DNA from: a bacterium
GTDB taxonomy: Bacteria; UBA8248
DNA: 64,000 nt
Assembly: GCA_965207065.1 (NCBI GenBank)
Contig: OZ242260.1
Location: 3,264,001-3,328,000, forward strand
Reading direction: 5' to 3'
Shown here: piece after piece, positions 11,834-20,695 of the stretch
Numbering within the stretch: position 1 is the first letter of the stretch
Layout of the letters: each line of letters opens with the position of its first letter
Translations under genes and position numbers: made by a program
Notes under the pieces: model-generated
The model's database searches: none
Seen by the model: the letters and a program-made list of their open reading frames with translations, nothing else
Told to the model about the DNA's origin: nothing

Positions 11834-14383
11834 CTAGCCCCAGGTCAAAAGGTGCAGGCTTAGCGGATGAATGAGGTGCGGGTGATGGGGCACTGCGCGA
11901 ACCGATACACCGTGCATGCCCGGTTTGCGGCATTGTATTTCACCATGAAAACGATATGCGCCGCCGCCGAGGTCTTCCGAGAAGACCATCGGGGAGACGG
12001 CCTCGCCGGACAACAGGCTTTCTTCTTTCAAGGGGCCTTCGTAAATTTCGAGGCGGACTTCTTCGGGGGAGAGATTTCCGAGCGCAACCTCCGCCTCGAC
12101 CCTCATTTTCGCCCCCAGTGGAACGATTCCGTTTTGCGCCATCGATATCCGGGTGATCTCCACCCCGGGCCAGGAGCGGCGCACGTGCTCTTTCCAGTCG
12201 GAGAGCGACTTGGCGGGGTTCCTCTCATCCGCCATGAGGCGCGCATGGTGCGCTCCCAGGGGCAGGTAGAATTTTTCGGCGTACTCGCGCACCATCCGGC
12301 TCGTGTTGAAGTAGGGACAGAGAGTTTGCAGTGAATTCTTGATCATCTCCACCCAACCGTATGGAATGCCCTCTTCGCCTCGTTCATAGAAAAGTGGAAC
12401 CACGACCTGCTCGAGGGTGTTGAACAGGCTTTCACACTCCATCTCGTCCTGGTAGCCGGGGTCGTTATACGTCTCGAGACCTCCAATGGCCCACCCTAAA
12501 TGACTCGCATACCCCTCCGCCCACCAGCCGTCCAAAATGCTCAGGTTCAAGGCGCCGTTGGCGGCCGCCTTCATGCCGCTGGTTCCGCTTGCTTCTTGCG
12601 GGCGGCGAGGATTGTTGAGCCACAGATCCACCCCGTGCACGAGTTGCCGCCCGACGTGGATGTCGTAATCCTCCACGAAAACGATCTTGTCGCGCACGTT
12701 TTCCCTTCGGGCGAAATGGAGGAGTTCACGGATGAAACTCTTGCCCTCCATGTCCCTCGGGTGGGCTTTGCCGGAGAATACGAATTGAACGGGTTTTTCC
12801 TTGTTCGTGAGCAGCGAGACGAAGCGCTCGGGCCTCTTGAGCAAAAGGGTGGCGCGCTTGTAGGTGGCGAAGCGTCTCGCAAAGCCGATCGTCAGCGCTT
12901 TGGTATTGGGGAGAATGGTGACATTTGGGCGCGTGACGCTGCCCAGTGGCCGCTTGAGGGCGTGCGCGCGGCAGAACTCGACAAGCCGCTCGCGGCTTTT
13001 CTCCCGGACGCCCCAGAGTTCGCTCTCCGGGATGGAGGCGACTCTCTCCCAGATCTCCGGCTTGTCCGTCTCGTCCACCCAGGCGCCGCCCAGATGCCTG
13101 TCGAACAACTCCTTCATCCCGGGTGATACCCAGGTGGGAAAATGGACGCCGTTCGTGATGGAGTCAATGGGAATATCCTGCTCGGGGACTTCCGGCCACA
13201 TGGATTGCCACATTTTTCTCGAAACCTCTCCATGCAGCTTGCTCACGCCGTTCGCCGCCGAGGAGAGACGCAGCGCCAGGACGGCCATGTTGAAAGGCTC
13301 GTCCCCCTGTTCGGGGTTCACCCGGCCCAGACCCAGGAAGTCGTCCCATTCCATGGAGAGGGATTCCGCATACTTGCGAAAGTATTTTTCCATCATGTCG
13401 GGCGGAAAGATGTCGATACCCGCCGGGACCGGCGTGTGCGTCGTGAAAATGTTTCCCGCCGAGGTCAACTCCAGGGCCGCGCCGGCGTCGATGCCGAATT
13501 TCCCCATCGAATAACGGATTCTCTCGAGCGCCAGGAAGGCGGAATGCCCCTCGTTCATGTGGCAGACGACGGGGGGGAGGCCCAGCTTGTGGAGCAGTCT
13601 CACGCCGCCGATGCCGAGGAGTATCTCCTGGCGAATCCGCGTCTCCATGTCCCCGCCGTAGAGGGCGAGGGTGATTTCGCGCAGCGAGGGCGCGTTTCCG
13701 GGAATGTTGGCGTCCAGGAGGAAGATGGGGTTTCGGCCCACCTGCACGTGCCAGACTTGCGCGGTGAGAAGGCCGTCCGGGTAATCGACCTCCACCGTGA
13801 TGGGTTCTCCGTTCTCATCCAGCTCGAGGTGGAACGGCGTGTGATGGAAATCGTTGTCCGGGTAGCGTTCCTGCTGCCAGCCGTCGGGGCCTAAATGCTG
13901 GCGGAAATATCCCTGGCCGTAGGCGAGTCCCACGCCGATGAGGGGCAGTCCCAAATCGCTCGCGGATTTCATGTGATCGCCGGCGAGGACGCCGAGGCCG
14001 CCCGAATAGTTGGGTACGGATTCCGTGAGCCCGAACTCCATGCTGAAATAAGCGATGCGCAGCTCCTCGCTCTTTTCACTCGCAGGCAGGTTCTGGTACC
14101 AGGAAGGCTTGTGGAGATATGCGTGAAGTTCTTTGAGAACGCTCTCCATATCGCGGAGGAAATGCGCATCGCGCGCCGCCGCATCGAGCCGCTCCTGAGA
14201 GACGGAGCGCAGCATCTGCGCTGGATTGTAGTGGCAATCCTCCCACAGGGCATCGTCCAGCCTGCTGAAAAGCGCGCGCGCTCGATGGTCCCAGTCGAAG
14301 GCGATGTTGTCGGCGATTTCCTCGAGCCCTTTCAATTCCGAAGGAATGCTGGGCACTACCTGAAACGCAAGCACAGTGGTCAT
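11834..14383 (-). CDS. glgP: Alpha-glucan (glycogen) phosphorylase
   Basis: YFSMEFG, YSGGLGVLAGD, EASGTSGMKA PLP-lysine motif. Confidence 0.95.
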   Translation of the reverse strand: MTTVLAFQVVPSIPSELKGLEEIADNIAFDWDHRARALFSRLDDALWEDCHYNPAQMLRSVSQERLDAAARDAHFLRDMESVLKELHAYLHKPSWYQNLPASEKSEELRIAYFSMEFGLTESVPNYSGGLGVLAGDHMKSASDLGLPLIGVGLAYGQGYFRQHLGPDGWQQERYPDNDFHHTPFHLELDENGEPITVEVDYPDGLLTAQVWHVQVGRNPIFLLDANIPGNAPSLREITLALYGGDMETRIRQEILLGIGGVRLLHKLGLPPVVCHMNEGHSAFLALERIRYSMGKFGIDAGAALELTSAGNIFTTHTPVPAGIDIFPPDMMEKYFRKYAESLSMEWDDFLGLGRVNPEQGDEPFNMAVLALRLSSAANGVSKLHGEVSRKMWQSMWPEVPEQDIPIDSITNGVHFPTWVSPGMKELFDRHLGGAWVDETDKPEIWERVASIPESELWGVREKSRERLVEFCRAHALKRPLGSVTRPNVTILPNTKALTIGFARRFATYKRATLLLKRPERFVSLLTNKEKPVQFVFSGKAHPRDMEGKSFIRELLHFARRENVRDKIVFVEDYDIHVGRQLVHGVDLWLNNPRRPQEASGTSGMKAAANGALNLSILDGWWAEGYASHLGWAIGGLETYNDPGYQDEMECESLFNTLEQVVVPLFYERGEEGIPYGWVEMIKNSLQTLCPYFNTSRMVREYAEKFYLPLGAHHARLMADERNPAKSLSDWKEHVRRSWPGVEITRISMAQNGIVPLGAKMRVEAEVALGNLSPEEVRLEIYEGPLKEESLLSGEAVSPMVFSEDLGGGAYRFHGEIQCRKPGMHGVSVRAVPHHPHLIHPLSLHLLTWG

Positions 14384-14462
14384 TTTTATTGTTCCCGATA
14401 AGGATATTGAGTCAGTCTATTATACCGATTTCATGAAGACGATTTAATGCTTCGGGCCCGAA

Positions 14463-14873
14463 TCATTCGGCGAGTCCATAGCCGCCTTTTTCCCTGAGCG
14501 CCACGTTGGGGCCCGGAGGCGAATATAAAACCATATATTTGAACAGCGCGTCACCCGTGCTAGTGATTTGGTGCATGTTGCCCGGAGGCACGAAGACGGC
14601 GTCGCCCGCCTCGACGGGAATCTTCTCCCCCTCGATGTCGATCACCCCCGTTCCGCTGATGATGTAGAAGGCGTGTTCTTCTTTGTCGTGCTTGTGGGCG
14701 GTGGAGGTGAGGCCCGGGTCGAATTCGTTGATGAGCAAGGCGAACTGCTTTGCGCCCACAGTCTCTTCATCCAGCAGAATGCGGAACATGCTCCTGCCTC
14801 CGGGCACGGGCAATTCCCCGCTCAGGGCTTCGCTCTCCCGCACGTGCAAGGGTTTATTGTGGCTATCGCTCAT
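14463..14873 (-). CDS. Cupin-domain protein
   Basis: HKH...EEHAFYIISGTG...GDAVFVPPGNMH cupin motifs. Confidence 0.85.
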   Translation of the reverse strand: MSDSHNKPLHVRESEALSGELPVPGGRSMFRILLDEETVGAKQFALLINEFDPGLTSTAHKHDKEEHAFYIISGTGVIDIEGEKIPVEAGDAVFVPPGNMHQITSTGDALFKYMVLYSPPGPNVALREKGGYGLAE

Positions 14874-14941
14874 AACGGCTCCTTCGAATTGTAGAAACGT
14901 GGCCTGTTATATAAAAATCCGTTGGCTAGAGAATACGCGGC

Positions 14942-15763
14942 TCATGACGATTGTTCCTCGCGCCTGCGGTACATGTGGTTGAGCGGGCCCCTGCCGTTTC
15001 CAATGTCGAGCGCGTTCTCGATGGCGCCCTGAATGAAATCCTTCGCCCTCTTCACCGCCTCGATGGTGGACTCTCCCTGCGCCAGGCCCGCCGCGATGGC
15101 CGAGGAGAGCGTGCATCCCGTCCCGTGGGTGTGCGGGGTGTCGACCCGCCTGCCTTCCAGGGCGACATCGATTTCTCCGTCAAAAAAAATGTCCACCGCC
15201 CCGTCGGTGATGTGGCCCCCTTTGAGCAGAACGCATTTCGCCCCCCGCTCGTGGAGGGCCCGGACGGCGTATTTCATCTGTGCGAGGTTTTCGATTTCTC
15301 CGGATTCGAGAATATCGCGCGCTTCTTCCGTATTGGGGGTGACGACCTCCGCCAGCGGAAAGAGTTTTTCGACGAGCGCCTCTCTCGCGTCGGGCGCCAG
15401 GAGGCGGTCTCCGCTTTTGGCGACCATCACCGGGTCGAGCACGACGCGCGCGAGCGCGTGTTCCTGGAGCTTTTCGGCCACGACCTCGATGACCTCCACA
15501 GTGGCTAGCATGCCGATTTTCGCGCTCACTACGCTTAAATCCGAGCACACCGAGTCGAATTGCGCCGCGATGAAATCGGGCGGCGCGCCGTGCACCCCCT
15601 GCACGCCCACGGTGTTCTGCGCCGTCAGCGCGGTGATGACCGAGGCGCCATAGACGCCGAATGCACTGAAAGTCTTGAGGTCGGCCTGAATCCCGGCCCC
15701 GCCGCCCGAATCCGAACCCGCTATCGTCAGGGCGATGGGAGGAACGCCCGCGGATGTCGCCAT
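14942..15763 (-). CDS. thiD: Hydroxymethylpyrimidine/phosphomethylpyrimidine kinase
   Basis: LTIAGSDSGGGAGIQADLKTF and HTHGTGCTLSSA motifs; start at MATSAG after a GAGAG RBS. Confidence 0.95.
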   Translation of the reverse strand: MATSAGVPPIALTIAGSDSGGGAGIQADLKTFSAFGVYGASVITALTAQNTVGVQGVHGAPPDFIAAQFDSVCSDLSVVSAKIGMLATVEVIEVVAEKLQEHALARVVLDPVMVAKSGDRLLAPDAREALVEKLFPLAEVVTPNTEEARDILESGEIENLAQMKYAVRALHERGAKCVLLKGGHITDGAVDIFFDGEIDVALEGRRVDTPHTHGTGCTLSSAIAAGLAQGESTIEAVKRAKDFIQGAIENALDIGNGRGPLNHMYRRREEQSS

Positions 15764-15889
15764 GTCTCTCTCCTCTCGCGTCACATCATAAGACGATGCG
15801 ACATGGAAATGTAGCACACCGAGAATATATTGGGAGTATGTCAGAAATATGTCGAAGAGAAGAAAAAACGGAAAAACGCTTTAATGGGG

Positions 15890-15923
15890 AATTCTTGACA
15901 AATTTGTTTGGGAATTATAGTCT
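15890..15923 (+). promoter_or_regulatory. Sigma70-like promoter of the cysK operon overlapped by an imperfect palindrome (candidate Rrf2 operator)
   Basis: TTGACA (15895-15900), 17 bp spacer, TAGTCT (15918-15923); dyad AATTCTTGAC-AAATTT-GTTTGGGAATT. Confidence 0.55.
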
Positions 15924-15967
15924 CACGCTCGGCTGGTCTTTGTAAAAAGATTTAGAAGGGCACTCTT

Positions 15968-16927
15968 ATGGCATTGGGCACCCGGGGCCGTCCGCCCCAG
16001 ATTCTGAGGGCGCTTCCCTCGCTCATCGATCGCATCGGAAGCACGAGCCTCGTCCAACTGCAGCGACTGCCAGATGCGTCGGGCGGGCGCGTATTCGCGA
16101 AACTCGAGCAGTACAACCCCGGCGGAAGCGTGAAGGATCGCATCGCGCTCAGCATGGTGCTCGACGCCGAGCGGCGCGGCCTCCTGAAGCCCGGCGGGAC
16201 GATTATCGAACCCACGAGCGGCAACACGGGGATAGGCCTCGCGCTCATCGGCGCCATTCGCGGCTACAGGACGATCATCGTGCTCAGCAAGAGCATGAGC
16301 CACGAGCGCAACTCCCTGCTCACGGGCTACGGGGCCGAGGTGGTATTCAGCTCCAGCGAGGGCGGCATGTACGGCTCGCTCGTGATGGCGGAAGCCATCC
16401 TGGATGAGAACCCGGACTACTACATGCCCCAGCAGTTCAACAACCCGGCCAACCCGGAAATCCACCGCAGAACCACGGCGCGCGAGATTCTGCGCGATAT
16501 GGGCGCGGAATCGGTGGACGCCTTCGTGGCGGGCGTGGGGACGGGAGGCACCATCACGGGCGTGGGGGAGGTCCTGAAGGAGAAGAGGCCGGAAACACTC
16601 GTCGTAGGGGTGGAGCCCGCCGCATCCGCCGTACTCTCGGGCGGGGAGCCGGGCCCGCACCAGATTCAGGGTATCGGCGCGGGATTTATTCCCGCCGTGC
16701 TCAACCGCGCGATCATCGACGAGGTGATGCCGGTGAGCGATTCGGACGCCTACGACATGAGCAAGGCCCTGAGCCGCGAGGAGGGCATGGCCGCGGGCAT
16801 TTCGGCGGGCGCCGCGGTAAGCGCCGCCCTGCAGGTGGCGCGGCGGATGAGTCCCGAGGAAAACGTGGTGGTCGTCATTCCCGACGGCTGGGAGAGATAT
16901 TATAGTCTGGAGCAGCATTTTCGCTAG
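15968..16927 (+). CDS. cysK: Cysteine synthase A-type PLP enzyme
   Basis: NPGGSVKDR, PTSGNTG, QQFNNPAN, GVGTGGT, HQIQGIG motifs. Confidence 0.9.
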   Translation: MALGTRGRPPQILRALPSLIDRIGSTSLVQLQRLPDASGGRVFAKLEQYNPGGSVKDRIALSMVLDAERRGLLKPGGTIIEPTSGNTGIGLALIGAIRGYRTIIVLSKSMSHERNSLLTGYGAEVVFSSSEGGMYGSLVMAEAILDENPDYYMPQQFNNPANPEIHRRTTAREILRDMGAESVDAFVAGVGTGGTITGVGEVLKEKRPETLVVGVEPAASAVLSGGEPGPHQIQGIGAGFIPAVLNRAIIDEVMPVSDSDAYDMSKALSREEGMAAGISAGAAVSAALQVARRMSPEENVVVVIPDGWERYYSLEQHFR

Positions 16928-16980
16928 AAATCTTCATTCGGCATCCCCGGAAGGCGGGGCATTCAGATCAGGAGAGAGAA

Positions 16981-17259
16981 ATGGCGGTAACGGTTCGTAT
17001 TCCGACACCCTTACAGGAGTTCACCCAGCAGCAGGACGCCGTGGATATCGCGGGCGCGGACGTGAAGGAAGTGCTCGCCAACCTCGACAGCCAGTTCGCG
17101 GGCATCGGCCAGCGCCTCTATGACGAAGAGGGTAAGCTCCGACGCTTCGTGAATATCTATGTGAACCAGGAAGACATCCGCTTCCTGCAGGGAGAGGGAA
17201 CGGCGGTGAACGACGGGGATGAGGTCTCCATCGTGCCGGCCATCGCGGGTGGCCGGTAA
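16981..17259 (+). CDS. MoaD/ThiS/CysO-type ubiquitin-like sulfur carrier ending AIAGG-R
   Basis: VRIPTPL...LRRFVNIYVNQEDIRFL...DEVSIVPAIAGGR; GGAGAG RBS. Confidence 0.92.
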   Translation: MAVTVRIPTPLQEFTQQQDAVDIAGADVKEVLANLDSQFAGIGQRLYDEEGKLRRFVNIYVNQEDIRFLQGEGTAVNDGDEVSIVPAIAGGR

Positions 17260-17293
17260 TCGTCCGCAGAACCCCCGAGAGGAGAGTCATCCC

Positions 17294-17944
17294 TTGGGCC
17301 TGAGCGAAGAGCAGATACAGCGCTACAGCCGACACATTCTGCTCCCCGGTGTGGGAGGGGTCGGTCAGGAGCGCTTGCTCGCATCTTCCGTCCTCATTGT
17401 CTTTTCTGAGGATGAGGAGAGCGCGGCGCTCATGGCCCTGGCCTATCTGGCCGCTGCGGGCGTGGGCCGGATCGGCTGGTGTCCTCTGCATGAGAGCGAT
17501 GGATTGAAGCAGGAATCGCCGCTCTGCGCCTTCTATGGCGGCAGCCTGGGCAATGGTCTCAAGAGGCTCAATCCCGATTCGAGGCTGGTTTCCATTCGCC
17601 CGGGTGAGGGAGCGGAAGAGGTTTTCGACGCTCTCGTCTGGCTGGGCGATGCGTCCGCCGAAGATTTCGAGTCATCTAAGTCAATGGGAAAATTCGTCAT
17701 ACGAGGCGGGAGCCGTGGTGAGGCGGGAGAGATTTCAGAAGGCCCCGGAATCCTGGAGAAGCCAGGTATGGCGCCTCAAGGAGGGACAGCCTCGACGGTG
17801 GCGGCCCAGGGAGCTCTGGGCGCATGGCTGGCCGCCAGAACTTTAAGGCATCTGGTGAATGAGACGGATACAGTGGGGTCGACTACGCAGGCCCGTTTCG
17901 ATTTTTCGCATGGCTTGATTGAGGCGCATGCGAACCTTTCCTGA
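17294..17944 (+). CDS. Degenerate (pseudo-enzyme) ThiF/MoeB/E1-family protein
   Basis: TTG start after GAGGAGAG; retains QRYSRHILL, YLAAAGVG and RLNPD; lacks GxGGxG, NLxRQ, DxxDN and CxxC. Confidence 0.75.
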   Translation: MGLSEEQIQRYSRHILLPGVGGVGQERLLASSVLIVFSEDEESAALMALAYLAAAGVGRIGWCPLHESDGLKQESPLCAFYGGSLGNGLKRLNPDSRLVSIRPGEGAEEVFDALVWLGDASAEDFESSKSMGKFVIRGGSRGEAGEISEGPGILEKPGMAPQGGTASTVAAQGALGAWLAARTLRHLVNETDTVGSTTQARFDFSHGLIEAHANLS

Positions 17945-17977
17945 GATTTTCAGGAACAAAGTGCGAGGGCCATATCA

Positions 17978-18916
17978 ATGGTCGAATCGACAGTGGAGAA
18001 TCCGGCGAGTGCGTTCAGAAATCTAGAGGATTCCCCAATCATCAAGTGTATCGGCAACACCCCCTTGCTCGAAATCAAGTTGTTCGAGAGCGAATTCCCG
18101 GAAGTGGAGGTCTACGCCAAGGCGGAGTGGTTCAACCCGGGCGGCTCGGTGAAGGACAGGCCTGCGCTCTTCATGGTGAAGGACGGCCTGGAAACGGGAG
18201 AATTGCGCCCCGGCAAGATTCTGCTCGATTCCACGAGCGGGAACACCGGCATCGCCTACGCCATGATCGGCGCGGCTTTGGGGATTCCCGTCCGCCTCGT
18301 CCTGCCCGCGAATGCGAGCGATGAGCGCAAGGCGACGCTCAAGGGCTACGGGGCCGATATCGTTCTCTCGGACCCCCTGGAGGGTTCCGACGGGGCGCAG
18401 CGCCTCGCGGCGAAGATGCACCGCGAGGAGCCGGAGAAATACTTTCTACCCTGCCAGTACGACAACCCCGCCAACCCGCTCGCCCACGTGGAGACGACGG
18501 CGCCTGAGATTCTGGAGCAGACCGGCGGGCGCGTGGAGCACTTCGTCGCGGGTCTCGGCACCACGGGCACCCTGGTGGGTACGGGGCGCGGCTTGAAGGC
18601 CAAGAAGCCCGACGTCGTGGTTCATGCGGTCATGCCGTCTGAATCGTTTCACGGCCTGGAAGGCATGAAGCACATCCCCACGGCCATTCGACCGGGGATT
18701 TACGATGAGGGCGTGCACGACAACCTGATTCCGGCGGGGACCGAGGAGAGCTACGACCTGGCCGACCGAATCTCGAAAGAAGAGGGCCTCTTCATCGGCC
18801 ATTCGGCGGGGGCCGCGCTCGTGGGCGTGCGCGAAGTGGCGAAGCAGATAGGGAAGGGCGTTATCGTCACCCTGTTTCCCGACGGGGGGGACAGGTACTT
18901 GAGCGAAGCGCGTTAG
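17978..18916 (+). CDS. cysM: CysM-type PLP cysteine synthase (possibly sulfur-carrier-dependent)
   Basis: NPGGSVKDR, DSTSGNTG, QYDNPAN, GLGTTGT motifs; adjacent to Ubl and JAMM genes. Confidence 0.82.
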   Translation: MVESTVENPASAFRNLEDSPIIKCIGNTPLLEIKLFESEFPEVEVYAKAEWFNPGGSVKDRPALFMVKDGLETGELRPGKILLDSTSGNTGIAYAMIGAALGIPVRLVLPANASDERKATLKGYGADIVLSDPLEGSDGAQRLAAKMHREEPEKYFLPCQYDNPANPLAHVETTAPEILEQTGGRVEHFVAGLGTTGTLVGTGRGLKAKKPDVVVHAVMPSESFHGLEGMKHIPTAIRPGIYDEGVHDNLIPAGTEESYDLADRISKEEGLFIGHSAGAALVGVREVAKQIGKGVIVTLFPDGGDRYLSEAR

Positions 18917-18927
18917 GGAGGCTTGAT

Positions 18928-19422
18928 TTGCGTCTGACACTAGAACAGGTGGAGGCGATGCACCGCCACGCGCGCGAGGCGTATCCCGATGAGTGTTGCG
19001 GTTTGATCATCGGCCCTCCGCGGGCGCGAGGGGAGCAAGAAGATACGCTCGCTCTTTTGCCGTGTAAAAACGTACAGAACGAGATGCACGAAAAGGACCC
19101 GGAAATTTATCCCCGGACGGCGCGGCGCGCCTTTTTGATCGATCCCTTCGAGTTCGAACGCATCGCCAGGCGGGCCGAGGAGGCCGGCGAGGTGGTTCGC
19201 GGCATCTTTCACAGCCACCCGGACGAGGACGCCTATTTTTCCCAGGAAGACGTGGATGCGGCGGTTCCTTTCGGGGATATCCCGGCGTTTCCCGATGCCG
19301 AGCACGTCGTCATGAGCGTGCGAGAAGGCGTAGTTCTTGGCCAGAAGGTGTATTCCTGGGACGCGGGGCGCAAAGAATTCGTCGAAAGCGAACTGGAAAT
19401 TCTTGAGGAGGCGGGCGCGTGA
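18928..19422 (+). CDS. JAMM/Mov34/MPN (M67) metalloprotease, Mec+-like
   Basis: YPDECCG and HSHPDEDAYFSQED (E...HxH-x7-S-x2-D). Confidence 0.92.
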   Translation: MRLTLEQVEAMHRHAREAYPDECCGLIIGPPRARGEQEDTLALLPCKNVQNEMHEKDPEIYPRTARRAFLIDPFEFERIARRAEEAGEVVRGIFHSHPDEDAYFSQEDVDAAVPFGDIPAFPDAEHVVMSVREGVVLGQKVYSWDAGRKEFVESELEILEEAGA

Positions 19423-20153
19423 GCGGTAAAAGCGCACTGGCGCGTACATCCGCCCTCATCGTGGGGGTCGGCGGCCTGGGCTGCCCCGCCGCGCTGGCGC
19501 TGGCCGCGTCCGGCGTGGGCCGCGTCGGGCTTGCGGATCACGACGACGTGACGCTCGACAACCTTGCCCGACAGATTCTCCACCGGACCGAAGACGTCGG
19601 CCGCCTGAAGGTGGACTCGGGCGCGGATTCCATATTCAGGCTCTCCGCCGAGGTGGCGGTGGACAAGATTCCCCAGAAACTCACGCGCAAGAACGTCGCC
19701 CGAATCATCGCGCCTTATGACGTCATCGTCGATGGCAGCGACAATCTGGCGACCAAACTCGCGCTGAACGACACGTGCGCCGTAGCGGGCAGGCCGTGGG
19801 TGATGGGGGGTGTTTTGCGCTTTTTCGGCCAGATGATGACGATTCTGCCGGGCAGGAGCGCGTGTCTGAGATGTCTGGTGGGCGAGGAGGGCGCAAATGC
19901 GCGCGGGCTCGATTGCGGGGACGCGGGCGTCTTCGGCGCGGTGGCGGGTTTCGTGGGCATGGCGCAGGCCGCCGACGCGCTGCGGGTTCTGGAGGGGTTC
20001 GAGCCCGCCTGGTCGAACAGGCTGATGACGGCTGATTTTGGGAAAAACGCCGTCGGGAGTGTGCGCGTGGCGCAGGATCCGGATTGTCCCGTCTGCGCGC
20101 TCGCCACGCGCGGGCAAGCGAAATTCCCCATGAAGCGCGGAGCGCTCGCTTAG
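19419..20153 (+). CDS. ThiF/MoeB/E1-like adenylyltransferase lacking the N-terminal RYxRQ helix
   Basis: GVGGLG, NLARQ, DGSDN, CLRC, LDCGDAG, CPVC motifs; in-frame TGA at 19404-19406 rules out a longer N-terminus; GAGGAGG RBS. Confidence 0.9.
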   Translation: MSGKSALARTSALIVGVGGLGCPAALALAASGVGRVGLADHDDVTLDNLARQILHRTEDVGRLKVDSGADSIFRLSAEVAVDKIPQKLTRKNVARIIAPYDVIVDGSDNLATKLALNDTCAVAGRPWVMGGVLRFFGQMMTILPGRSACLRCLVGEEGANARGLDCGDAGVFGAVAGFVGMAQAADALRVLEGFEPAWSNRLMTADFGKNAVGSVRVAQDPDCPVCALATRGQAKFPMKRGALA

Positions 20154-20191
20154 CGAATGGGACCGGGAGAAATGATGAAAGGATGCCGCCG

Positions 20192-20650
20192 ATGAAGATA
20201 TCGACCAAGGGACGATACGCCGTGCTCGCCATGATAGAGTTGGCCAGGCATTCGCAGACGCATCCCGTTCCCTTGCCGCAGATAGCGGGCAAACTCGGCA
20301 TCAGCCAGCATTATCTCGAACAGTTATTCGTGAAAATGCGCAGGGCTTCTCTGGTGAGCAGCACGCGGGGGCCGGGAGGCGGCTATATCCTGGCGCTCCC
20401 GCCTTCCGGGATCAACATGCGCGATGTTTTGTGCGCGGTAGGAGAGACGATTCAGCCCGTCGATTGCGGCGATGAATCTCCTTCGGCGCCGTGTCCGAAC
20501 ATTCCTGTATGCGGGAGCCGCGCGCTTTGGAAAAAACTCGAAGACGCGATTGACAAGACGCTGCGCGAGACCACGCTCGAAGAGTTGAGCGCGGCGTCTG
20601 CCGATGCGGGAGGTGGCGTTCGGCTGCCGAATTTCCAGGTGAGTATCTAG
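20192..20650 (+). CDS. Rrf2-family transcriptional regulator (IscR/CymR-like)
   Basis: MKISTKGRYA, YLEQLF, STRGPGGGY; three C-terminal Cys. Confidence 0.92.
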   Translation: MKISTKGRYAVLAMIELARHSQTHPVPLPQIAGKLGISQHYLEQLFVKMRRASLVSSTRGPGGGYILALPPSGINMRDVLCAVGETIQPVDCGDESPSAPCPNIPVCGSRALWKKLEDAIDKTLRETTLEELSAASADAGGGVRLPNFQVSI

Positions 20651-20695
20651 CGCAGGCAGAGATTGAGTGCGTTTATAGGGTTTCATTCGCCTAAT

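Noticed and set aside
15764-15890. TPP riboswitch upstream of thiD
   Set aside because: No CTGAGA / GCGTAGGGAA-type conserved core recognisable
17294-17944. Decaying moeB pseudogene
   Set aside because: The ORF is uninterrupted, has a good RBS, and retains exactly the element its paralog lacks; decay is not excluded but is less likely
15968-20650. Ubiquitin-like anti-phage conjugation system (Bil or CBASS Cap2/Cap3 type)
   Set aside because: No E2, cyclase or effector gene; cysteine synthases and Rrf2 point to sulfur metabolism
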